Assembly (NCBI GenBank): GCA_963663995.1
Contig: OY760660.1
Coordinates: 120,001-152,000, forward strand
Origin: Erysipelotrichaceae bacterium
GTDB taxonomy: Bacteria > Bacillota_I > Bacilli_A > Erysipelotrichales > Erysipelotrichaceae
Length of the DNA stretch: 32,000 nucleotides
Direction of reading: 5' to 3'
In this document: positions 25,668 to 32,000 of the stretch, piece by piece
How the letters are laid out: the number at the start of each line of letters is the position of its first letter
Numbering within the stretch: position 1 is the stretch's first letter
Program-made: the position numbers and the translations under genes
The notes under the pieces: generated by a model
What the model was told of the DNA's origin: nothing
Databases searched by the model: none
The model's input: the letters and a program-made list of their open reading frames with translations, nothing else

Positions 25668-25712
25668 AAAAAACACCTTACTCATCAACATGTAATGTGA
25701 ATAAGGTGTTTT
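25668..25712. terminator. bidirectional terminator shared by the sulfatase gene and tyrA
   Basis: AAAAAACACCTTA (25668-25680) / TAAGGTGTTTT (25702-25712), with an A run on the left and a T run on the right. The right arm overlaps the tyrA stop codon. The loop is long at 21 nt. Confidence 0.55.
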
Positions 25713-26556
25713 ACTTATCAAACTCTTTTCTACGTTGAGATGATTGAATAAAGAGTCGTTTCATTTCTTCAGAATCATCATCAATCAAAGTTTGTTTAAA
25801 GTGATCAAGTTCAGCTTCAAATTCCTCAATCTCTTGGATGAGAAAATCTTTGTTTAATAAAAATAATTCTGACCATAAGTTCTCATTAATTTTAGCGATT
25901 CGTGTTAAGTCTCTAAATGAATCACCGGTATATTCTTTTAAATGGGTATTATCTGATGTATTCATTAAAGTTACAGCGATAACATGGGTGAGTTGAGAAA
26001 CAAAACCAATCATTTTATCGTGTTCTTTAATTGATAATTCAACAATACGTGCAAAGCCAATGAGTCGACCTAATTCTTTAGCGAATTCAATCCCTGCTTG
26101 GCTGTTTTTAGCAGTAGGAGTCACAATATAATTTGCTTTTAAGAAGATAGTTTCATCACTGTTTTGAACACCATTGACTTCTTTTCCTGCCATTGGATGG
26201 GCAGAAATGAATTCAAGATCATCTCTTAAAAACGATTGAATGACATCAACGACATTTTGTTTAACGCCACTGACATCAGTTATATAGATATTTGATTTAA
26301 AGTGTTTTTGATTTTCTTTAATCCACTCAATCATAGCCATTGGATATAAAGCAGAAATAATGATATCTGCTTCTTTTATAAGTTGAATATCATCTTTAGA
26401 ACCTTTATCAATAATTTGATGTGAAAGAGCATAATCAAGGGATTCTTGAGAGATGTCCATCGCTAAAAGTGTGAATCCATGCTTCTTAAGTGCTAGAGCA
26501 TAAGATCCACCTATTAAACCTAAACCGACAATCAGAATACTTTGATTTGTTTTCAT
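25711..26556 (-). CDS. tyrA: prephenate dehydrogenase
   Basis: 281 aa. N-terminal NAD fold 'ILIVGLGLIGGSYALAL', 'SAHPMAGKE', and 'HDKMIGFVSQLTHVIA', all typical of TyrA. No C-terminal ACT domain. Confidence 0.85.
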   Translation of the reverse strand: MKTNQSILIVGLGLIGGSYALALKKHGFTLLAMDISQESLDYALSHQIIDKGSKDDIQLIKEADIIISALYPMAMIEWIKENQKHFKSNIYITDVSGVKQNVVDVIQSFLRDDLEFISAHPMAGKEVNGVQNSDETIFLKANYIVTPTAKNSQAGIEFAKELGRLIGFARIVELSIKEHDKMIGFVSQLTHVIAVTLMNTSDNTHLKEYTGDSFRDLTRIAKINENLWSELFLLNKDFLIQEIEEFEAELDHFKQTLIDDDSEEMKRLFIQSSQRRKEFDK

Positions 26557-26557
26557 A

Positions 26558-27832
26558 TTAATTCTCTTCTTTTAGTGTAAGCGAAATATTTACTTTTTGA
26601 CAATCATCAAAGAAAGCAGGGTAGGACTTATTGACACATTCTGACCCATTAATAATAGTGGAAGAATTAGAACATGTACTTGCGATGGTTAAGGCCATCG
26701 CAATACGGTGATCTGTATGACCTGACAATTCTTGTGTACATTTTAAGTTAGATGAACCGGTGATAAACATTTCATCATCACGTGCTTCAACATTAATAGA
26801 AAATTTATTTAATTCTTCTTGCATAGAAGCAATACGATCAGATTCTTTTAATCTAAGGCGTGAGGCATTAATGATATGTGTTTTACCTTCAGCAAAAGCC
26901 GCAATCACCGTTAAGATTGGTCCTAAGTCAGGACAATTGCTTAAATCAATTTCAGTCGCACTTAGTTTGGATGTTTGAATATGATAGCCATTTTCAATTT
27001 CACGTATGTTTGCACCCATTCTTTTTAAGATATCTAAGATTTCTTTATCCCCTTGAAGTGAATCATGACGCATGCCTAGGATATCTAAGTCACCTTTGAT
27101 TGAGGCAAGTGCTGCAAAGAAAGCAAACTGTGAAAAGTCGCCTTCAACACTATACTTTCTTGCTTGATAGTTTTGATTGCCTTTTATAAATAGAGTTAAA
27201 TCATCTGTGAATTTTAATTCAACTCCAAAATCAGCTAAAGTTTGGAGAGTTAAATCAACATAGGACTTAGATTCAAAAGGAGGCTTAATTTTAATAATAG
27301 AATCTTCTTTTAGTAAAGGTAATGTGAAAAGTAAACCAGTAATAAATTGTGAACTGACATCACCATCAATATGATATTCTCCAGCGCTTATTGCACCATC
27401 AACACTTATTCTTTCAGTTGTATGAGAAAAAGGGATATTTCTTTCGCTAAAGAGTTTTTCATAAATACTTTGTGGACGATGAAGTAAACGATTACGTCCG
27501 ATAAAAGTTACTTTCTCATTAGCAAGTGAAAAAAGTGGTATCAAAAAACGCAAGGTAGATCCAGATTCAATACAATCAATTTCTTTATCTTTAAGTTTTA
27601 TTTGATTATTTACACCATCAATCGTAAGGGTTTTACCATCTCTAACAATCTTTGCGCCAATACTTTCCATCGCGGAAATGGTCGCATGCATGTCATCAGA
27701 TGTATCGATGTTATGAACGATACTACGACCGTTGGCAATACAAGCACAAATAATCGCTCGATGAGCAATACTTTTAGATGGTGGGATGATGACTGATCCA
27801 TGTGCTGTTGATGGATTGATCAATGCTTGCAT
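26558..27832 (-). CDS. aroA: 3-phosphoshikimate 1-carboxyvinyltransferase (EPSP synthase)
   Basis: 424 aa. Motifs 'PPSKSIAHRA', 'GSTLRFL', 'LRLKESDRI' and 'DHRIAMAL'. The start ATG overlaps the stop of the upstream DAHP synthase (TAATG at 27832). Confidence 0.9.
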   Translation of the reverse strand: MQALINPSTAHGSVIIPPSKSIAHRAIICACIANGRSIVHNIDTSDDMHATISAMESIGAKIVRDGKTLTIDGVNNQIKLKDKEIDCIESGSTLRFLIPLFSLANEKVTFIGRNRLLHRPQSIYEKLFSERNIPFSHTTERISVDGAISAGEYHIDGDVSSQFITGLLFTLPLLKEDSIIKIKPPFESKSYVDLTLQTLADFGVELKFTDDLTLFIKGNQNYQARKYSVEGDFSQFAFFAALASIKGDLDILGMRHDSLQGDKEILDILKRMGANIREIENGYHIQTSKLSATEIDLSNCPDLGPILTVIAAFAEGKTHIINASRLRLKESDRIASMQEELNKFSINVEARDDEMFITGSSNLKCTQELSGHTDHRIAMALTIASTCSNSSTIINGSECVNKSYPAFFDDCQKVNISLTLKEEN

Positions 27833-28848
27833 TACATATCCCGGCCAATAACTTTGGCGATTTGTTTTCCTTTAGTGATGATATCTTCAAACATTTGTGG
27901 CGTCACAGTTTGTTCACCATCTGACCATGCATTTTCAGGATCTTCGTGCACTTCAATAATTAAACCATCACAACCAGCGGCAATAGCTGCTAAAGCAATT
28001 GGTTCAACTAAATCTCTATAACCAGTCGCATGGGATGGGTCAATAATAATAGGTAAGTGAGTACGAGCTTTAATAATAGGCACAACACTTAAATCTAGAG
28101 TATTACGTGTGTATTTTTCAAAGGTACGAATACCACGCTCACATAAAATAACATTAGGGTTACCTTCAGACATAATGTACTCAGCAGACATAATCCATTC
28201 TTCAATCGTGTTTGAAAATCCACGTTTTAAAAGTATTGGTTTCTTTGTTTTACCAACCGCTTTAAGTAAATCAAAGTTTTGCATATTACGTGCACCAATT
28301 TGAATTAAATCAACATTTTCAACAAATTCATCTAATTTATCTACACTCATAAGTTCTGAAACAACTGGTAAATGTGTTTTACCTTTAGCTTCATTCATCC
28401 AATCTAAACCAATTTTTCCATTGCCTTGAAATGAGTAAGGCGATGTACGAGGTTTATAAGCACCACCACGCAACATATTACCACCCGCAGCTTTTACTTT
28501 GTCTGCAATAGAAATGGTATTATCATGAGTTTCAATTGAACATGGACCACCAATGATGACAATCTTCTCTTTACCTCCAACTTTTACACCAGCTACGTCA
28601 ACAACCGTATCTTCTGGATGAAAAAGACGGTTTGCTTTCTTATAAGGGGCTGAAATACGACGTACTTCATCGACCCAATGATGCGCTAAGATTGAATTTG
28701 GATCAATCGCCGTTGTATCACCCACTAAACCTAGAATGGTATAGTCTTTACCTTGTGATAAATGAACTTCACAGCCTTTACTTCTAATAAATTCTTCCAT
28801 CTTCTGAATCTCAGATTGTGGACATCCTTTTTTCATTGATATAATCAT
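27832..28848 (-). CDS. aroF: 3-deoxy-7-phosphoheptulonate (DAHP) synthase, type I-beta with an N-terminal ferredoxin-like regulatory domain (copy 1)
   Basis: 338 aa, the same length and layout as the Thermotoga-type enzyme. The first about 65 aa form a regulatory module. The catalytic barrel carries 'GPCSIE', 'LRGGAYKPRTSPYSFQG', 'IGARNMQNF', 'LKRG' and 'IIDPSHATG'. Confidence 0.9.
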   Translation of the reverse strand: MIISMKKGCPQSEIQKMEEFIRSKGCEVHLSQGKDYTILGLVGDTTAIDPNSILAHHWVDEVRRISAPYKKANRLFHPEDTVVDVAGVKVGGKEKIVIIGGPCSIETHDNTISIADKVKAAGGNMLRGGAYKPRTSPYSFQGNGKIGLDWMNEAKGKTHLPVVSELMSVDKLDEFVENVDLIQIGARNMQNFDLLKAVGKTKKPILLKRGFSNTIEEWIMSAEYIMSEGNPNVILCERGIRTFEKYTRNTLDLSVVPIIKARTHLPIIIDPSHATGYRDLVEPIALAAIAAGCDGLIIEVHEDPENAWSDGEQTVTPQMFEDIITKGKQIAKVIGRDM

Positions 28849-28863
28849 AATTTTTTCCTCTAT

Positions 28864-29880
28864 TTACATTTTTCTGCCAATAACTTCAGCAATTTTTCTT
28901 CCTTTTACAATAATGTCTTTAAACATTTCAGGGGTTACTGTTTGTTCACCATCAGACCATGCGTTTTCAGGATCTTCATGAACTTCAATAATTAAACCAT
29001 CACAACCAGCAGCAATCGCCGCTAAAGCAATCGGTTCAACTAATCTTCGATAACCAGTCGCATGGGATGGATCAATCACAATTGGTAAATGTGTGCGTTC
29101 TTTAATAATCGGCACAACACTCAAATCTAAAGTGTTTCGTGTGTACTTTTCAAAGGTACGTATCCCACGTTCACATAAGATTACATTTGGGTTGCCATTA
29201 GCCATAATATACTCAGCTGACATAATCCATTCTTCTATGGTGTTCGAGAAACCACGTTTTAAAAGTATTGGTTTTTGTGTTCTACCAACCGCTTTGAGTA
29301 AATCAAAGTTTTGCATATTACGAGCACCAATTTGAATTAGATCTACATTTTCAACAAACTCATCGAGTTTATCAATCGACATAAGTTCACTGACAATTGG
29401 CATTTTTGTGATCGATTTAGCTTCATTCATCCAATCTAATCCTACTTTACCATTGCCTTGGAATGAATAAGGGGATGTACGAGGTTTATAAGCGCCACCA
29501 CGTAACATATCAGCCCCTGCATCTTTAACTTCTTTCGCAATACTAATTGTATTAGCTTTAGTTTCAATGGAACAAGGACCACCCATAATGACGATCTTTT
29601 CATTTCCACCGATTTTAACACCAGCGACGTCTACCACTGTATCTTCAGGATGGAATAAACGATTGGCCTTTTTATAAGGGGCAGAAACACGTTGAACATT
29701 TTCAACATTGTGATGAGCCATAATATTGTTTGGATCAATAACAGTTGTATCACCAATTAAGCCAATAATACTTTGGTTTTCACCAAAAATAATTTGTGTG
29801 TGTAAACCTAAACCTTCACAGTACTCCGCCATTTTTTCGACTTCTATTTTTGGCGTTCCTTTTTTCATGGATATAATCAT
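28864..29880 (-). CDS. aroF: DAHP synthase, type I-beta with an N-terminal regulatory domain (copy 2)
   Basis: 338 aa and collinear with copy 1 without gaps. It has the same catalytic motifs. The same leader plus start, 'AAAAATTATGATTATATC', precedes both copies. Confidence 0.9.
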   Translation of the reverse strand: MIISMKKGTPKIEVEKMAEYCEGLGLHTQIIFGENQSIIGLIGDTTVIDPNNIMAHHNVENVQRVSAPYKKANRLFHPEDTVVDVAGVKIGGNEKIVIMGGPCSIETKANTISIAKEVKDAGADMLRGGAYKPRTSPYSFQGNGKVGLDWMNEAKSITKMPIVSELMSIDKLDEFVENVDLIQIGARNMQNFDLLKAVGRTQKPILLKRGFSNTIEEWIMSAEYIMANGNPNVILCERGIRTFEKYTRNTLDLSVVPIIKERTHLPIVIDPSHATGYRRLVEPIALAAIAAGCDGLIIEVHEDPENAWSDGEQTVTPEMFKDIIVKGRKIAEVIGRKM

Positions 29881-29886
29881 AATTTT

Positions 29887-30324
29887 TTATCTCTTTTCTA
29901 AAGTTTCAATTAAGAATTCTAAGGCTAATTTATAACCTTCAATGCCTTTACCAGCAATTGTTTTTATGCAAGCTAAACCTGCATAAGATATTTGTCTAAA
30001 TGATTCACGTTGAGAAATATCCGATAAATGAACTTCAACCGTCGGTATCGCAACCGCTTTTAAAGCATCTAAGATGCCAACGGATGTATGGGTATAAGCA
30101 GCAGGGTTAATCACAATCCCATCAAACTTTTGATAAGCTGCTTGAATACGGTCAATCAAAGCACCTTCATGGTTACTTTGATAAATCTCGACTTCGAAAT
30201 CAAAGTCTTTCGCAACGTTTTGGATATAGTTTTCTAAATCTTGATAAGTCGTGTGTCCATATATTTCTGGCTCACGAATACCTAACATATTTAAGTTAGG
30301 ACCATTAATGACTAAAAATTTCAT
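29887..30324 (-). CDS. aroQ: type II 3-dehydroquinate dehydratase
   Basis: The start was moved to the Met at 30324, behind AAGGAG. 'MKFLVINGPNLNMLGIREPEIYG' is the canonical AroQ N-terminus, with 'SNHEGALID' and 'VINPAAYTHTSVGILDA' following. The 5' end overlaps the upstream gene by 20 nt. Confidence 0.9.
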   Translation of the reverse strand: MKFLVINGPNLNMLGIREPEIYGHTTYQDLENYIQNVAKDFDFEVEIYQSNHEGALIDRIQAAYQKFDGIVINPAAYTHTSVGILDALKAVAIPTVEVHLSDISQRESFRQISYAGLACIKTIAGKGIEGYKLALEFLIETLEKR

Positions 30325-31555
30325 CAAACTTCTCCTTGATTTGACTGATGGCACTCTCAATATCATTGTTATTGGAAACGGTGATATGAGCTGCCTGTAT
30401 ATATAATGGATATCTCTTTTGATGCATTTGTCTTAAAGCATCTAAATCTTTTGAAAGCGGACGGTGTCCACGTGTTTCAAGTTGTTCAAGATCACGATCG
30501 ATAAAGAAGAGAATGCCATTTTGTTGAAGTGCTCGAACATTAGCAGGATTGAGGATTGAACCTCCACCTGTTGCGATCACTAAGTTTGTCGTTTTTGCTG
30601 TACTTAGAACCGCTTCATGCTCGAGCGATCTAAAGTAAGGTTCTCCATGTTCACTAAATAGTTCAGGAATGCTTTTTTGGGCATTGCTTTCAATCACTTC
30701 ATCGATATCTATAAATTGTTTATGATAGATTTCACTTAAGGCTTGACCAATTGTTGATTTACCAGAACTTGGCATCCCAATCAAAACAATATTTTGATAA
30801 TCTTTGAGTAAATTTTGATAGATAGGCATGATCAGATTATCATCTAAAACTTTATCTAAAAATTTATCTGCTGCAAATTTTGCTTGAGCCACTAACATGA
30901 GTAGACCATTAGCAGTTTTAATACCGTGTTTTTCAGCATCCAGTATTAAATTTGTTTTTAATGGATTATAGATCACATCCACAACTGCTTCTAAATTTTT
31001 ATAATGCGCAATATCAATCGGACAATCTTCATTATGAGGATACATTCCACTTGGTGTTGCATTAATGATGACTTCAATATCACTTTGTTTTATCGCTGTT
31101 TCATAATCAATAAATTGATCTTTTGCAGTTCTAGAAACAATATAAATTTTTTTGGATTCTAAACTTGCACATACTGCTTGGATTGTTTTAGAAGTACCAC
31201 CTGTCCCTAAAATCATGACAACTTTATTTTTTAATGAAATATCATTCATTTTGAGTGAATAGATAAAACCATAATAATCCGTATTATAGGCGATTAATTT
31301 TCCATCTCTATTAACAAGCGTATTAGCTGCTCCTATTTTTGTAACAGATTCATCACATTCATCACAATAAGGTATCACGGTTTGTTTATAAGGTATCGTC
31401 ACATTAACTGCGTCGAAACTCTTTTCAGTTAAAAAATGATCTAACTCTTCCTTTGACATTGGCAAAAGATCATAAGTGTAATAACCAAATTGTTCGTGTA
31501 TACCTTTTGAAAAACTATGGGATAGTTTCTCACCAATTAATCCATATTTTGCCAT
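30305..31555 (-). CDS. aroE-aroK: bifunctional shikimate dehydrogenase / shikimate kinase fusion
   Basis: The start is taken at the Met at 31555, behind AAGGAGG. The N-terminal about 265 aa is AroE ('YGLIGEKLSHSFSKGIHE', 'NVTIPYK', 'AYNTDYYGF', 'ILGTGGTSK'). The C-terminal about 150 aa is AroK (Walker A 'LIGMPSSGKSTIG', 'IDIDEVIE', 'IATGGGS'). Confidence 0.85.
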   Translation of the reverse strand: MAKYGLIGEKLSHSFSKGIHEQFGYYTYDLLPMSKEELDHFLTEKSFDAVNVTIPYKQTVIPYCDECDESVTKIGAANTLVNRDGKLIAYNTDYYGFIYSLKMNDISLKNKVVMILGTGGTSKTIQAVCASLESKKIYIVSRTAKDQFIDYETAIKQSDIEVIINATPSGMYPHNEDCPIDIAHYKNLEAVVDVIYNPLKTNLILDAEKHGIKTANGLLMLVAQAKFAADKFLDKVLDDNLIMPIYQNLLKDYQNIVLIGMPSSGKSTIGQALSEIYHKQFIDIDEVIESNAQKSIPELFSEHGEPYFRSLEHEAVLSTAKTTNLVIATGGGSILNPANVRALQQNGILFFIDRDLEQLETRGHRPLSKDLDALRQMHQKRYPLYIQAAHITVSNNNDIESAISQIKEKFDEIFSH

Positions 31556-31569
31556 ATGTCCTCCTTTTT

Positions 31570-32000
31570 TTATTTTTGTGTCATCCACATGTAACCATAA
31601 CGTTCGACAAATAAATCAACTAAAGCAATCGCAATCATACTATCGACAACGATACGTGCTCTGTGGATAATCGCTGGATCATGACGTCCAACAATTTGTA
31701 GTTCTTCATTTTCATGTGTTTTGATATTAACGGTGTCTTGTTTCTTATAAATGGATGCGGTTGGTTTAACCACACAACGCATAACAATAGGCATTCCATT
31801 AGATATTCCACCATTGATGCCACCCATATGATTGGTTTTTGTCTTAACGACATCGTGATCATAGTAGAAAGCATCATTTGAAGTAGAACCTTGCATATTC
31901 ACTAAATCAAAACCTGAGCCAAATTCCACACCTTTAATGGCAGGAATAGAGTAGATGAGTTGTGCTAGTTTGCTTTCGATTGAATTGAAGAATGGTTCAC
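31570..32000 (-). CDS. aroC: chorismate synthase (C-terminal part; the gene continues beyond the window)
   Basis: The frame is open to the window edge: '...EPFFNSIESKLAQLIYSIPAIKGVEFGSGFD...GGINGGISNGMPIVMRCVVKPTASI...VGRHDPAIIHRA'. These are chorismate synthase signatures. The listed 'start' at 31929 is an internal GTG. Confidence 0.9.
   Translation of the reverse strand, partial: EPFFNSIESKLAQLIYSIPAIKGVEFGSGFDLVNMQGSTSNDAFYYDHDVVKTKTNHMGGINGGISNGMPIVMRCVVKPTASIYKKQDTVNIKTHENEELQIVGRHDPAIIHRARIVVDSMIAIALVDLFVERYGYMWMTQK

Larger units (their letters stand above)
27832..29880 (-). repeat. tandem direct duplication (period 1032 bp) of the DAHP synthase gene
   Basis: The two 1017-bp genes are separated by 15 bp. 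Long identical nucleotide runs are visible (for example 'ATTAAACCATCACAACCAGC' and 'TCAAAGTTTTGCATATTACG' in both). Confidence 0.9.

Noticed and set aside
28109-28303. A pair of similar antisense ORFs (28109-28303 and 29093-29335) inside the two DAHP synthase genes. Their similarity to each other could be mistaken for conservation.
   Set aside because: The similarity simply mirrors the tandem duplication of the sense genes. There are no start signals. The sense-strand products carry complete DAHP synthase motifs.
30325-30366. N-terminal extensions of aroQ (30325-30366) and of the aroE-aroK fusion (31556-31588).
   Set aside because: Internal Met codons at 30324 and 31555 are preceded by AAGGAG/AAGGAGG and match the family N-termini ('MKFLVINGPN', 'MAKYGLIG'). 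The longer forms are just open frame running into the upstream genes.
1-32000. An alternative genetic code (TGA = Trp, as in Mycoplasma/Spiroplasma), suggested by the low GC content and Mollicute-like fused ABC genes.
   Set aside because: TGA is the natural stop of several well-delimited genes (895-897, 22191-22193), Trp is encoded by TGG throughout, and no family-conserved Trp position coincides with an in-frame TGA.
1-32000. CRISPR arrays, tRNA genes and rRNA genes.
   Set aside because: I found no regularly spaced direct repeats and no GC-rich cloverleaf-sized islands in any intergenic region. The only sizeable repeat is the DAHP synthase gene duplication.

Overview
This is a low-GC (about 30% by eye) bacterial chromosome segment. 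It uses the standard genetic code: TGA terminates clear genes (for example at 895-897 and 22191-22193) and Trp is TGG. It looks like an Erysipelotrichia/Acholeplasma-like Bacillota lineage, but the taxon is only a guess.

Content from left to right:
1. 0.1-5.6 kb: a small-molecule or sugar-phosphate housekeeping cluster (MBL-fold hydrolase, RpiR/MurR regulator, Cof-type HAD phosphatase, PHP/HisJ-type phosphatase, MFS transporter, second MBL-fold hydrolase).
2. 5.6-9.5 kb: a decay zone where four consecutive loci are all broken by frameshifts. These are a glyoxalase/VOC gene, an IS110-family insertion sequence, an FTR1/EfeU iron permease, and a truncated paralog of the HD-GYP gene found at 16.7 kb.
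3. 9.5-13.1 kb: acylphosphatase, Tex, and a short Cys-free FAD-domain-only flavoprotein with expression-type codon bias.
4. 13.1-16.5 kb: two translationally abutted NBD-FtsX fused ABC half-transporters of very unequal size.
5. 16.7-19.4 kb: an intact tandem HD / HD-GYP protein and a lipoprotein metallophosphoesterase.
6. 19.4-20.25 kb: an unusually long (about 850 bp) AT-rich non-coding gap.
7. 20.25-25.7 kb: a LicR-type PRD regulator, a fused Lac/Cel-family PTS EIIB-EIIC, and a signal-peptide-less Cys-type sulfatase.
8. 25.7-32.0 kb (minus strand): a compact shikimate/tyrosine operon, aroC(partial) - aroE::aroK fusion - aroQ - two tandem DAHP synthase paralogs - aroA - tyrA.

I saw no rRNA, tRNA or CRISPR array.

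The most interesting candidates are the PTS-sulfatase locus, the DAHP synthase tandem pair with a selectively diverged regulatory domain, the IS110 relic with a structured 5' non-coding arm (possible bridge RNA), the domain-deleted flavoprotein, and the asymmetric ABC pair. All functional calls come from motif recognition by eye. No database search was run.
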